The notes: generated from the letters alone by a model not told the origin. A stretch of DNA of 32,000 nucleotides from Psychrobacter sp. DM4 (GCF_051307035.1 NZ_CP195536.1:1500001-1532000), one strand, 5' to 3'; counted from the stretch's first letter, positions 1-11,764 are shown. A program made the numbers and translations.

Positions 1-533
1 TTATGCTGTCTTAGATACTGCGGTGAGGCCACTAGCATTTGACGGACATCGGATAAAGGGTGGTTACTCAAAGTGGAGTCATTGATATTTGGGCTCATAC
101 GTATAGCAATGTCAATACGCTCATCAATCATATCAATATAGTGGTTGTCCGCCAGATAGGTAATGCTCAAATCATCATGCGCCGCCATCCAAGTGGATAA
201 TGCCGGTAAGATATGATGGACACCCAATTCAGGCGTCGTCGCAATACGTAAACTACCAGCAAGCTCATCACGTAATTGATTGACTTTTATGCGGCCCTGC
301 TCAGCAGCACTGACCATATCTTTTGCTGACTCATAAAAGCTCTCTCCCGCCTCTGTTAAGCTGAGCTTACGAGTTGAGCGATGAAGCAATACCACGCCCA
401 GCTCGTTCTCTAATGAGCGTATTTGCTGACTGACAGCACTCGTTGTAATACCAAGCTCACGAGCTGAACCACTAAAAGAGCCGTGTCCGACAACGCTTGC
501 GAACACGGCCATACCACGTAAATTGTCTAACAT
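1..533 (-). CDS. LysR-family transcriptional regulator, 5' part only (about 177 codons; C-terminus lies beyond the window edge)
   Basis: Absent from the ORF track because it runs off the window. Hand translation from the minus-strand ATG at 533-531 gives MLDNLRGMAVFASVVGHGSFSGSARELGITTSAVSQQIRSLENELGVVLLHRSTRKLSLTEAGESFYE..., a textbook LTTR winged-HTH. I translated the frame down to position 1 and it stays open. Confidence 0.85.
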   Translation of the reverse strand, partial: MLDNLRGMAVFASVVGHGSFSGSARELGITTSAVSQQIRSLENELGVVLLHRSTRKLSLTEAGESFYESAKDMVSAAEQGRIKVNQLRDELAGSLRIATTPELGVHHILPALSTWMAAHDDLSITYLADNHYIDMIDERIDIAIRMSPNINDSTLSNHPLSDVRQMLVASPQYLRQH

Positions 534-777
534 GTTCTCACCTAAGCTATGTTTTAGTTTTTAATATAACTTAACTAGTATAGCCGATATTAATTAATAG
601 TACATAGTATAAATATAACCTTTAGGTCAAGAGCACTCTTTAAACTCAAAATATTCTCTATAAAATCAAATCAATAGTGAACTACTATTGGACTTTGTGA
701 TAAAGAGTAGAGTGTAAAAGGTCATAGACTAAATACTTGCATACGTGAATCTATTGACAGCACTGTTTAGTTAAACT

Positions 778-2985
<2,208 letters not shown>

Positions 2986-3037
2986 AACTATCCAGTATTC
3001 AATAAAATTATCAAGCAATTCATAGAATCAGTATAGC

Positions 3038-3066
3038 AAAAAGCCAGCTTATTAGACTGGCTTTTT
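3038..3066 (-). terminator. Rho-independent terminator downstream of lysS (symmetric A-run/T-run, so potentially bidirectional)
   Basis: aaaaaGCCAGcttattagaCTGGCttttt: a GC-containing stem flanked by an A-run and a T-run, about 95 nt after the lysS stop and upstream of the dnaX start. Confidence 0.7.
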
Positions 3067-3161
3067 GCTTAATTTGTAAGACGTATTGCGCATATCGGCT
3101 AATAACTATTGTAGCTAAATCATCTTTAAAGACGATAATTGAACTTTCATTTACTTAATTA

Positions 3162-4700
3162 CTAGTCGGCTTTTGGGCGCATATGCGGGAACAAAATCAC
3201 ATCGCGTATACTGGCTGAGTCCGTAAACAGCATGACCAAGCGATCAATACCAATACCCTCACCTGCCGTTGGCGGCAAGCCGTACGATAGTGCTTCGATA
3301 TACGCTTCATCAAAGTGCATCGCTTCATTATCGCCTGCATCCTTTTCAGCGACTTGACCGCGAAAACGCTCAGCTTGATCGGCAGGATCATTCAATTCGC
3401 TAAAACCATTCGCCAATTCGCGGCCACCGATGAACAACTCAAAGCGATCGGTAATCTTAGGATTATCATCGTTACGGCGCGCCAGCGGTGAAGTCTCAGC
3501 AGGATATTCAGTGATGAATGTCGGCTGACGAAGCTTATGTTCAGCCGTCTCTTCAAATACAATGGTCATCAGTTTGCCGACGCCAAAGACGTCATTCACT
3601 GGCTGTTTAAGAGTATTGGCGACATAATCCGCTAGATAATCGCGATCATCAATACGCGACATATCAAAGCCTTGGGCATATTGCGCAATAGCATCCGACA
3701 TTGATAGACGCGCAAATGGCGCTTTTAGGCTAATCGCCTCATCTTGATAAGTGATCTCAGTGCTACCCAAAATATCCATTGCCAATTGATTGAATAGACG
3801 CTCAGTCAAGTTCATCAAGTCATGATAATCTGCGTACGCTTGATAAAACTCAATCATGGTAAATTCAGGGTTATGACGCGTTGATACGCCTTCATTACGA
3901 AAACTTCGATTGATCTCAAAGACCTTTTCAAATCCGCCCACAACTAAGCGTTTCAAATAAAGCTCTGGTGCAATACGCAAAAACAATGGCATATCAAGCG
4001 CATTATGATGCGTCTCAAAAGGACGTGCGACCGCGCCGCCTGGTATTGGGTGCATCATCGGCGTCTCAACTTCCATAAAACGCTCACCCAGCATAAACTT
4101 ACGAATACCGCTAATCACCTGACTACGAATCATAAAGGTATCGCGCGTGGTCTCATTAGTCATAAGATCCAAATGACGATTACGATAGCGAGCTTCGACG
4201 TCTGCTAAACCATGGAACTTATTAGGCATAGGTCGCAGTGCTTTCGTTAACAATTCAAAATTCTCTATATGGACATATAAGTCGCCTTTACCTGAGCGCC
4301 CGATATAGCCTGACACGCCAACGATATCACCCAAATCTAGTGACTTAATGCTAGCCAGCGTTTCTGCGTCTAGCTCTTTGCGTGCGACATAAAGCTGAAT
4401 ACGGCCACTCATGTCTTGAATGACGATAAACGAGCCACGGTTGAGCATGACGCGCCCTGCCACATTGACTTGAGTCTTTTCGCCGTTTGTAGCCTTCTCT
4501 TCGATTTCTTGCTTATCAATACCATCAAAAGCGGTTTGCAGATCTGCTGCGTAATCAGTGCGCTTGAACTGATTGGGATAAGGCTGCTTACCAGATGCGG
4601 TAATATCATCGAGCTTAGCTTGTAGTTGTGCAATAAGCTCATTGGCTTCTTCTAACGTTGGTGCTTGTTCTTCTTGATTGTTATTATTGGGCTTTGACAT
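3162..4700 (-). CDS. lysS: Lysine--tRNA ligase (class II)
   Basis: 512-aa ORF. Class IIb aaRS layout with motif 2 [21 protein letters not shown] and motif 3 [14 protein letters not shown], plus an N-terminal OB-fold region ([26 protein letters not shown]). Confidence 0.95.
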   Translation of the reverse strand: MSKPNNNNQEEQAPTLEEANELIAQLQAKLDDITASGKQPYPNQFKRTDYAADLQTAFDGIDKQEIEEKATNGEKTQVNVAGRVMLNRGSFIVIQDMSGRIQLYVARKELDAETLASIKSLDLGDIVGVSGYIGRSGKGDLYVHIENFELLTKALRPMPNKFHGLADVEARYRNRHLDLMTNETTRDTFMIRSQVISGIRKFMLGERFMEVETPMMHPIPGGAVARPFETHHNALDMPLFLRIAPELYLKRLVVGGFEKVFEINRSFRNEGVSTRHNPEFTMIEFYQAYADYHDLMNLTERLFNQLAMDILGSTEITYQDEAISLKAPFARLSMSDAIAQYAQGFDMSRIDDRDYLADYVANTLKQPVNDVFGVGKLMTIVFEETAEHKLRQPTFITEYPAETSPLARRNDDNPKITDRFELFIGGRELANGFSELNDPADQAERFRGQVAEKDAGDNEAMHFDEAYIEALSYGLPPTAGEGIGIDRLVMLFTDSASIRDVILFPHMRPKAD

Positions 4701-4761
4701 AAAATTCTCAGAATTTAGTTATGGTTTTAAATTAAATAACACTAATAGATTTAATTGACAG

Positions 4762-5850
4762 CTACTCACCGCCAATACTTGCCATTAGATCAGCCTGATG
4801 CTCGCGTAACAAGGCATTGAGCAACTCATCCAAATCGCCTTCCATGATCGAATCAAGCTTATACAGCGTTAAGTTAATACGGTGATCGGTCATGCGCCCT
4901 TGCGGGAAATTGTAAGTACGAATACGCTCACTACGGTCACCACTACCGACAAGATCTCGACGAATCTCATCAGCCACGTCAACTTGGGCTTGCACTTTGG
5001 CTTGCTGAATTCTGGAAATGAGCATTTTCATCGCATGCGCGCGGTTTTTGTGTTGGCTACGCTCTTGTTGACACTCAACCACCGTACCTGTTGGTATATG
5101 GGTTAGGCGCACCGCGGAGTCAGTAGTATTGACATGCTGACCCCCTGCGCCACTTGAGCGAAAGGTATCCATTTTTAGATCTGCTGGATTGATATCGACA
5201 GTATCATCAATCTCAACTTCAGGCATGACGGCGACTGTGCAGGCTGAGGTGTGTACGCGACCTTGGCTTTCAGTTTCAGGCACTCGCTGGACACGATGGA
5301 CACCCGACTCAAATTTTAGGCGACCATAGACACTATTGCCTGAAACACGACTAATAATCTCTTTATAGCCACCATGCTCGCCCTCATTGGCGGATAACAC
5401 ATCTAGCGTCCAGCCTTGAGCTTGTGCGTACTTTTGATACATGCGGAACAGATCACCTGAGAATATCGCAGCTTCATCGCCGCCAGTACCTGCACGTATC
5501 TCTAAGAACGCAGGCACTTTGTCATTGGGATCTTTTGGCAGCATCATGACATTGAGCGCTTCTTCCATATCGATGATGTCATTACGAGCAGTATCAATCT
5601 CATCTTGCATCATCTCTTTCATATCAGGATCGCTCGCATCCTCTAACATCGTCTCGGCGTCAGCTTGATCCGTTTCGGCGCGGCCATAGTTTTGCCACAA
5701 CGTTGTGATATCCATCAAATCGCTATGTTCGACGGAGAGCTCACGAAATTTATTATTATCACTGATGATATCTGGATCAGATAACAGCGCGGTGACCTCT
5801 TCATAACGGTCTACCATTTGGTCTAAACGCAGGCGCAGGGATTCTTTCAT
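4762..5850 (-). CDS. prfA: Peptide chain release factor 1
   Basis: 362-aa ORF. GGQ motif ([17 protein letters not shown]), RF1-type PxT region [24 protein letters not shown], and no RF2-type SPF motif or internal frameshift site. Confidence 0.95.
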   Translation of the reverse strand: MKESLRLRLDQMVDRYEEVTALLSDPDIISDNNKFRELSVEHSDLMDITTLWQNYGRAETDQADAETMLEDASDPDMKEMMQDEIDTARNDIIDMEEALNVMMLPKDPNDKVPAFLEIRAGTGGDEAAIFSGDLFRMYQKYAQAQGWTLDVLSANEGEHGGYKEIISRVSGNSVYGRLKFESGVHRVQRVPETESQGRVHTSACTVAVMPEVEIDDTVDINPADLKMDTFRSSGAGGQHVNTTDSAVRLTHIPTGTVVECQQERSQHKNRAHAMKMLISRIQQAKVQAQVDVADEIRRDLVGSGDRSERIRTYNFPQGRMTDHRINLTLYKLDSIMEGDLDELLNALLREHQADLMASIGGE

Positions 5851-6014
5851 AACAGGGTAGTCATCTAAAAAAGTAAAATAAGAGAGCGATTATAGCAAAT
5901 TTTTGCCCTCACATTAAAACCACTGCGTAATAATTCATGACAGAGCAATTCATAAGAGGGCTTGGAGGCTTGCTGATCAAAAATCCTTACGCTCATATTG
6001 ATATTAAATTTGGA

Positions 6015-6050
6015 GCAAAAAAATAGCCAAGATTGCTCTTAGCTATTTGA
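6015..6050 (-). terminator. Rho-independent terminator downstream of the KAS III-like gene
   Basis: Plus strand reads aaaaaaatagccaagattgctcttagctattt. The arms aaatagc/gctattt have an inner aaga/tctt extension. On the minus strand the hairpin is followed by a T7 run, about 30 nt after the stop at 6077. Confidence 0.6.
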
Positions 6051-6076
6051 AAAATCCATCAAATATTGATTACGTT

Positions 6077-7222
6077 TTAGACCTTACGTACCAGCACCGA
6101 TCCAATAGAGTAGCCAGCACCAAAGGAGCAAATCACGCCCAAATCGCCAGATTTTAAATCATCTTTGTGTCGATGAAAAACAATCATAGGACTCGCTGAA
6201 CTGGTATTGGCAAATTCAGCGATGACGCTCGGTACAATCGCTTTGTCAGCCTCTTTACCGATGACAGTACGCAGGATAAGATCTAGCATATTGGCGTTGG
6301 CTTGGTGTAACCACATCATCTTGACATCGCTTGCCTGCATATCGTTCTCATGCAAGTGCTCTGTGATAATTTCAGAGACTTTTGGACAGACTTCGCGGAA
6401 CACCTTGCGGCCATTTTGTAAAAACAGCTTATCGGTTACGGGCGCTTTGATATCAGGATACATCTGAGTTTCAGCTGCTAGATATTCAGAGCGATCCATG
6501 AAGCCATATTCGTTTTTGATGTTGGTTGAGAACTGAGTAAATAGCTTACTACTTAATATCTCGTAGCCTTTTGGCGCATCTAGCTTCTCGACGATAGATG
6601 CGGTTGCGACATCACCAAAGATAAAGTGGCTATCGCGGTTACGCCAATTCAAATGCGCTGAAGTAATCTCGACATTGACAACAGCAACACGGCGGGCTAA
6701 GCCTGAAACGATAGAGCCATAAGCTTGCGAGAGACCAAAAGTTGCAGCACTACAAGCTACATTCATGTCATAAGCGAAACCGCCGACCATACCGATGGCC
6801 TCTTGAATCTCAATAGCAATGGCAGGATAAGTGCGCTGAAAGTTTGAGCAGGCAAGGATAATGCCGTCCAGATCTTTGGCCTCAAGTCCTGCGTCTTTTA
6901 GCGCATCATTAAGTGCCGCAACGCCCATCTCTGCCATAATAGATAGCTCATCGCCAAGATTACGATAAGCGATAACAGGTGCCATGATCTCAGGGTTTAA
7001 AATGCCGTCTTTTTCCATCACATAACGGGATTTGATACCAGAGACTTTTTCAATAAAGGCGGCTGACGAAGGTTCAAGCGCTGTTAGCGTATCCGCTTCT
7101 ATTTCATCCGCATGCTCGTTGTTATAGTTCTCAACATATTGGTTAAATGACGCAACTAACTCTTCGTTACTGATACTAAAGGGCGGAATGTATAGGCCTG
7201 TGCCTGTGATACAAGTCGTCAT
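6077..7222 (-). CDS. Beta-ketoacyl-ACP synthase III-like condensing enzyme (long FabH-family variant)
   Basis: 381 aa. Thiolase-fold Cys/His/Asn contexts [19 protein letters not shown] and FANTSSASP. About 60 aa longer than canonical FabH. AAGGAAG lies 7 nt upstream of the ATG. Resemblance to the long KAS III group (Pseudomonas PA3286-type) is from memory, not searched. Confidence 0.8.
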   Translation of the reverse strand: MTTCITGTGLYIPPFSISNEELVASFNQYVENYNNEHADEIEADTLTALEPSSAAFIEKVSGIKSRYVMEKDGILNPEIMAPVIAYRNLGDELSIMAEMGVAALNDALKDAGLEAKDLDGIILACSNFQRTYPAIAIEIQEAIGMVGGFAYDMNVACSAATFGLSQAYGSIVSGLARRVAVVNVEITSAHLNWRNRDSHFIFGDVATASIVEKLDAPKGYEILSSKLFTQFSTNIKNEYGFMDRSEYLAAETQMYPDIKAPVTDKLFLQNGRKVFREVCPKVSEIITEHLHENDMQASDVKMMWLHQANANMLDLILRTVIGKEADKAIVPSVIAEFANTSSASPMIVFHRHKDDLKSGDLGVICSFGAGYSIGSVLVRKV

Positions 7223-7472
7223 AATAAGCTTCCTTGTCTACTGCGGTTGTGCTTAGTGGTAAGCGATAAAATAAAAAGTCACGATCATATCACTCAGCTT
7301 AATTTAGCAATACGCCTAATATTCAGTGAATGACTGTAAACTTAAACCTATTGTCTTATTATGCCTGAATAATATAATTTTTCTAATACTTTGTTACAAA
7401 TAATCATTTCACGATAAAAACGGGTTTGCGTTTATCATTAGTCTTCACCTACAGTTAAACTATACTCTAGGG

Positions 7473-7478
7473 TATAAT
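7473..7478 (+). promoter_or_regulatory. Candidate -10 hexamer for pnuC
   Basis: Exact TATAAT 79 nt upstream of the pnuC ATG, overlapping the 14/16 palindrome tatactctagggtata (7461-7476). No convincing -35. Confidence 0.25.
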
Positions 7479-7556
7479 CAAATCGTTTGCCGTATACCAT
7501 ATGACTGTAAGTACCTGACTTTAGTAAATAATAAGACCTACAATAACGAGAGACTA

Positions 7557-8264
7557 ATGACTGAGATTTTTACTGGGCTGTTCGGTCAATATGCTGACTA
7601 CTCTACTCTATTTATCGTGCTTGAGTTGATCGCTGTTGTATTCGGCGTGGCAAGCGTACTACTGGCGCGCAAACTGAGCGTCCTAGTATTCCCTATTGGA
7701 TTGGTCAGTACCGCAATCTTTGTTTATCTATTGTGGCAATGGCAGCTGTTCGGCGATATGTTTATCAACGCTTACTATACGGTGATGGGGTTATACGGCT
7801 GGTTTAATTGGACCAAGAATAAGCAAAACGCTCAAGGCGCAACGCCCGACGATGAGATCAGAATTGAGCATATTGAGGCCAGTGATATACCGACGCTTGC
7901 CTTACTAGGCTCTGCTACTGTCGCCTTCGTGGCACTTATCTACTATTTTCGTCCTGTTATTAGCAATGATTTTAGCTTCGATGGCGTGATATTGGGCGCG
8001 CATTTATTTACTTGGGTCGATTATACCGATATGCTAACCACGGCGCTGTTTTTGATGGCGATGTGGCTCATGGCCAGTCGCAAAATTGAGCATTGGCTAC
8101 TGTGGATAGTAGCCGATGCGATCTCCGTACCGCTTTACTTTTATAAAGGTCTTACCTTTACCTCGCTACAGTATGTAGTGTTCACCCTTATCGCAATTTG
8201 GGCCTACTATGAATGGCAACGACGCTACCGTATGCAGCAGCAATTTGATCCAGCAGTCGCCTGA
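7557..8264 (+). CDS. pnuC: Nicotinamide riboside transporter PnuC
   Basis: 235-aa polytopic membrane protein with PnuC-type aromatic motifs (NAYYTVMGLYGWFNW; WLLWIVADAISVPLYFYKG). It is followed by an RNK-type kinase, the usual partner. Confidence 0.85.
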   Translation: MTEIFTGLFGQYADYSTLFIVLELIAVVFGVASVLLARKLSVLVFPIGLVSTAIFVYLLWQWQLFGDMFINAYYTVMGLYGWFNWTKNKQNAQGATPDDEIRIEHIEASDIPTLALLGSATVAFVALIYYFRPVISNDFSFDGVILGAHLFTWVDYTDMLTTALFLMAMWLMASRKIEHWLLWIVADAISVPLYFYKGLTFTSLQYVVFTLIAIWAYYEWQRRYRMQQQFDPAVA

Positions 8265-8814
8265 ATCTGTTTTTAAAGTGGCTGTCTTGGGCGCTGAGAG
8301 TACGGGCAAGACGACATTGTGCCGAGATTTGGCCGCGCACTTTAAAAGTCTCTGGGTACCTGAGTATATGCGGGAATTTTTGCAAGATAAATGGGATGGC
8401 AAAAAACTCACTTGCATATGGGACGATCTATTGCCTATCGCCAAAGGTCAAGTAACACTAGAAAACCAGCTAACGTCTCAAGCTCTGCGAACCGCAAAAA
8501 ATAAGGGGCAGTCTCAAACCTACTTATTCTGTGACACAAGCCTGTTTGAGCTCATGGTATATGCCAACTGGTACTACGATGATTGCCCGCCAGCATTAAT
8601 GCATGCAGCTGTAGATCATCATTATGACTTGATACTACTTACGAATACAGATATCCCTTGGGTCGCTGATGATTTACGTGATAGCCCCTATATGCGTCAG
8701 GAAATAAGGGCTTACTTTAAAAAGCATTTGAACCAGCACAATAAAAAATACAAGCAAATCGGCGGTGATAGACAAGAGCGCGTAGAACAAGTGGTTGATT
8801 GGATCACTAAATAG
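8209..8814 (+). CDS. Ribosylnicotinamide kinase-like P-loop ATPase (NadR RNK domain only; no HTH or NMN adenylyltransferase domain)
   Basis: Walker A GAESTGKTT. The pattern ...LA..F......PEYMREF... / DTS...... / LLTNTDIPWVADDLRD parallels the NadR C-terminal kinase domain as I remember it. Start is uncertain: ATG 8209 overlaps pnuC by 56 nt, and in-frame TTG 8245 and GTG 8278 are alternatives. Confidence 0.75.
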   Translation: MNGNDATVCSSNLIQQSPESVFKVAVLGAESTGKTTLCRDLAAHFKSLWVPEYMREFLQDKWDGKKLTCIWDDLLPIAKGQVTLENQLTSQALRTAKNKGQSQTYLFCDTSLFELMVYANWYYDDCPPALMHAAVDHHYDLILLTNTDIPWVADDLRDSPYMRQEIRAYFKKHLNQHNKKYKQIGGDRQERVEQVVDWITK

Positions 8815-8895
8815 CGTATCCATTACACTAATAAATAAACCTGGTGCAAACCATTAGCAAACTAACATTTAACCCATAAAATTTTAGGACTATTT

Positions 8896-9588
8896 ATGAC
8901 TTCTTTATACAAATTACCTTTGTTAATAGCCGCCCCTATTTTAGGTATGGCTCTAATTTCTTGTCAATCTAACTCACCTACCACTACTGTAGGAGCTTCT
9001 GCTACTAGCCCAGACTCAATGCGCAACACGTCTAATACATCAAGTAGCCTTGATATCAATAACGTCAATAGCACCAACAATAACAACGTTAGTTCAAACA
9101 ATAGCTCAGATGATAATCTAGACGATAGTAGCGATTCAAAAGCCCCTTGGAACAACCCCGCTATTGATATCAGCGCAACAGATGCTATCTACTACCAAGA
9201 GTGGATGAAGTCGGACAACAAATCTGTGTGTCCTATTTTAGCACTACCAAAACAAGCCTCATCGCATTTGGCTCGCAACAGCGTGCGCCGTGCTCGTTTC
9301 TCAGGGGGTTGGGGCGTCGCTTATGACTTGCCTAACAGCCGTAGCATGTACGGCGTTGCTAACACCGGTATCATAAACTCAGATGAGGCCGCTTACGATT
9401 GGCCATACAACATCTACTACACAGATGGTAGCAAAGTGGGCTATGGTCATGAGGGTGGTAACCCTACAGCGTCTTGGCTCGCTTATGTCGTAACGCCAAA
9501 TAACTGTATGTATAACGTCTGGAGCGCGCAAGGCAAAACTCATTTAGAGCAGATGATTGCAGATTTACGTATGGTAAAAGCCACTTAG
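8896..9588 (+). CDS. Lipoprotein of unknown function with Asn/Ser-rich linker
   Basis: Signal peptide plus lipobox MALISC|QS. The low-complexity N/S/D tract (SSSLDINNVNSTNNNNVSSNNSSDDNLDDSSDS) is followed by a ~140-aa Trp/Tyr/Gly-rich domain I do not recognise. AGGA lies 7 nt upstream of the ATG. Confidence 0.7.
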   Translation: MTSLYKLPLLIAAPILGMALISCQSNSPTTTVGASATSPDSMRNTSNTSSSLDINNVNSTNNNNVSSNNSSDDNLDDSSDSKAPWNNPAIDISATDAIYYQEWMKSDNKSVCPILALPKQASSHLARNSVRRARFSGGWGVAYDLPNSRSMYGVANTGIINSDEAAYDWPYNIYYTDGSKVGYGHEGGNPTASWLAYVVTPNNCMYNVWSAQGKTHLEQMIADLRMVKAT

Positions 9589-9596
9589 TTCATCTG

Positions 9597-10280
9597 TTAT
9601 CTGACAATCTCACTCACTAACGCTGTAGCCCAGTCATGGCAACTGTCCTCGCAGCGCGGACACAGCTGATCTTTTTTGCTAATGTAATCCACGTAACCGC
9701 AGTGCATACAAGCATAGTAGATGTCTGGCTTAACTTGCTCAGTTGCCTGATATTGTTTTGGAAATAGCGGTAGACCGTATTCTGTATCCTCTGGTGCATT
9801 TAGTAAGACACTAAATGTACCATCGGTCTCAAGCAGACCGGTACGCACTTGACCCAAATGCTCAACACCTTGCTGCCGCATCTCGGCAAAGAACTCATCA
9901 TGTGACATTTTACCTTTTTTAACCTTATCAAGGACTAGCATACCGTCCTCTACAATGTATATCGCACGCCCTTCTAGTAAGTATTCCAACGGCTGATATT
10001 TCATCATCGCCCAAGTACACAAACGATAAAGCAAAATAACGACACTCATAATGATGAGCGCTTGTATAATTGGCAGATCCTCTGTGAACATGGGATCGCC
10101 TGCGATAGAGCCTAATGATAATAAGATAGTCAGCTCAAAAATAGACAACTGCCGAACGCCACGCTTGCCTGTGAATCGCAAAAATAAAATAATGAGTACA
10201 AACATTAATGTCGCACGTATTAGAATCTCCACACCAAATAACCAAGTGGTGTCATAAATAAATATTTTTGCCCAATCCAT
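9597..10280 (-). CDS. DUF421 / YcaP (UPF0702)-family membrane protein with C-terminal four-Cys zinc-ribbon-like tail
   Basis: ORF 9597..10340. The likely start is ATG 10280 (MDWAKIF...). Family hallmark FLRFTGKRGVRQLSIFELTILLSLGSIAGDPMF. C-terminus CMHCGYVDYISKKDQLCPRC (CxxC-N13-CxxC). Confidence 0.75.
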   Translation of the reverse strand: MDWAKIFIYDTTWLFGVEILIRATLMFVLIILFLRFTGKRGVRQLSIFELTILLSLGSIAGDPMFTEDLPIIQALIIMSVVILLYRLCTWAMMKYQPLEYLLEGRAIYIVEDGMLVLDKVKKGKMSHDEFFAEMRQQGVEHLGQVRTGLLETDGTFSVLLNAPEDTEYGLPLFPKQYQATEQVKPDIYYACMHCGYVDYISKKDQLCPRCEDSCHDWATALVSEIVR

Positions 10281-10379
10281 GTTAATAACTCTCTTTATGA
10301 TGACAGCGATCAATAGCGGCAGAACTATACTACATTTCACTTACCTCATACGCTTTTATACCAGTTAGTAAGGATTTAT

Positions 10380-11264
10380 TTGAAAGTCACGTTATATACG
10401 ATTGCAGCTTTGCTAGCTTTTGCCGCAAACTCTTTACTTTGCCGGCTGGCCCTATCTGAGGGCTATATTGATCCTTGGAGCTTTACCATTATTCGCCTGC
10501 TTAGCGGCGCTATTTGCTTAATCCTGATTATGATCGTACATGCGAGGCGATTAAATCGCTCTGATGCAGCGCAAGCAGCTTTAGTACTAAGGGATAAAGG
10601 CAGTTGGTTGAGTAGTTTAAGCTTAGTTGTCTATGCGCTGTGTTTTTCATTGGCTTATGTTGAGCTTGATACGGGTACTGGCGCGATGATTCTATTCGCC
10701 GCTGTTCAGTTTACGATGATAGGTTGGGGTATTTATAAAAAGGAGCGCTTAAGTACCGTCCAGTGGATCGCTTTGGCTGTTGCCTTTGTGGGATTTGTCT
10801 ACTTGATGTTGCCTTCAGCTGCTGTGCCCTCATTATATGGCGCAGTGATTATGATGCTAAGCGGTATAGCATGGGGCGTTTATAGCATAAGGGGCAAAGC
10901 CTGTGTCTCGCCACTACGAGCAACGGGATTTAACTTTGTACGTAGCTTAATCGTCCTACCTATATTGCTACTCGTCGCAATACCTTATCTAGCAGACTTA
11001 ACTCTCAAAGGACTGATGTTGGCTGGTATATCGGGCGCTGTGACCTCTGGAATGGGTTACTGTCTGTGGTACGTAGCATTACCCTTACTTAAAAGCACTC
11101 AGGCTGCTGTGGTTCAGTTTTGTGTACCTATTCTTGCAGCAATAGCAGGGGTTGTGTTCTTATCTGAGCAATTAACTTTGTCATTTATGCTTTCAAGCGT
11201 CGTTATACTGATATCTGTACTAGTGTTTGTTCTGACCAAAGATATTTCCAAAACTTCGTCTTGA
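10380..11264 (+). CDS. EamA/DMT-superfamily transporter
   Basis: 294 aa, about 10 hydrophobic helices in two similar halves, typical of EamA-domain permeases. TTG start with AAGGA 6 nt upstream. Confidence 0.75.
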   Translation: MKVTLYTIAALLAFAANSLLCRLALSEGYIDPWSFTIIRLLSGAICLILIMIVHARRLNRSDAAQAALVLRDKGSWLSSLSLVVYALCFSLAYVELDTGTGAMILFAAVQFTMIGWGIYKKERLSTVQWIALAVAFVGFVYLMLPSAAVPSLYGAVIMMLSGIAWGVYSIRGKACVSPLRATGFNFVRSLIVLPILLLVAIPYLADLTLKGLMLAGISGAVTSGMGYCLWYVALPLLKSTQAAVVQFCVPILAAIAGVVFLSEQLTLSFMLSSVVILISVLVFVLTKDISKTSS

Positions 11265-11345
11265 CATGCCCAACGACTACGTTCAAAACTAGTATTTGGC
11301 GATACCATATTGTCTTTCTCATCTACCAACAAAATTGAAGACATC

Positions 11346-11723
11346 ATGAAAAAACTACTAATTATATCCCCTTTTTCAGTCTTGTTAGCCGCTTGTGCCA
11401 CTAGTGCACCAACGCCGTCAACGTCAACGTCAACGTCAACTGCTCAGCCTGTGGTTCAGTCGTTTATTTGTCAAGACGATAGCGCTATCGTTGCGACTTA
11501 TTCAGCTGATGGTCAAATGGCTGACTTAACTATTACTTTGCCTAAAGTTGGCTTGAACAATGCGGCGGTTAGAACAGAGCGAGCCGTATCAGGTTCTAGC
11601 GCGCGTTACGTCAACGATGTCAACCCAGCCACCACCTACGAGTGGCAGACCAGAGCAGATTACGGCATCATGACCATCAAATCAAACAACGGTCAACAGT
11701 ATCAAGTCAACTGCCAACTATAA
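11346..11723 (+). CDS. MliC-like lipoprotein (putative membrane-bound inhibitor of C-type lysozyme)
   Basis: ORF 11310..11723. The likely start is ATG 11346 (MKKLLIISPFSVLLAAC|AT, a lipobox). The small beta-rich domain has two Cys (FICQDD...VNCQL), SGSSARYV and EWQTRADYG segments, matching the MliC pattern as I recall it. Not searched. Confidence 0.6.
   Translation: MKKLLIISPFSVLLAACATSAPTPSTSTSTSTAQPVVQSFICQDDSAIVATYSADGQMADLTITLPKVGLNNAAVRTERAVSGSSARYVNDVNPATTYEWQTRADYGIMTIKSNNGQQYQVNCQL
11416..11439 (+). repeat. Hexanucleotide repeat cgtcaa x4, encoding the alternating Ser/Thr tract (TSTSTSTST) in the lipoprotein linker
   Basis: Read directly: gccgtcaacgtcaacgtcaacgtcaactg. In frame, just after the lipobox Cys. 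Confidence 0.9.
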
Positions 11724-11764
11724 TAAGAATGAATAGACTTAACCGCTAATAACGATCTGTAAGT

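Noticed and set aside
2986-3018. N-terminal extensions implied by the longest ORFs: dnaX 2986-3018, DUF421 gene 10281-10340, MliC-like 11310-11345, yejF 25508-25549
   Set aside because: Conserved N-termini, signal-peptide logic or tight coupling to the upstream stop favour the internal starts. The extensions add non-conserved residues or would overlap the upstream gene.
5272-5280. The RF1 tripeptide reads PET instead of the E. coli PAT
   Set aside because: The middle residue of the PxT motif is variable among RF1 proteins. I believe Glu occurs in other bacteria, so it is not evidence of altered stop-codon recognition.
7330-7510. Exact 10-bp repeat atgactgtaa at 7330-7339 and 7501-7510 in the pnuC leader
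   Set aside because: A single 10-mer recurrence in 334 nt of AT-rich DNA is only marginally unexpected by my rough estimate (about 5 percent by chance), and there is no structural context.
7223-7556. Possible riboswitch or leader RNA upstream of pnuC (NAD-type), and likewise upstream of folE (19741-20075, THF or preQ1-type)
   Set aside because: I could not identify conserved riboswitch cores or a terminator/antiterminator pair by eye. A covariance-model scan (Rfam/Infernal) would be needed. No claim made.
8166-8444. Minus-strand ORFs 8166..8444 and 8188..8385, antisense to the pnuC/RNK junction
   Set aside because: They are antisense to two supported genes and have no start signals. Probably chance open frames.
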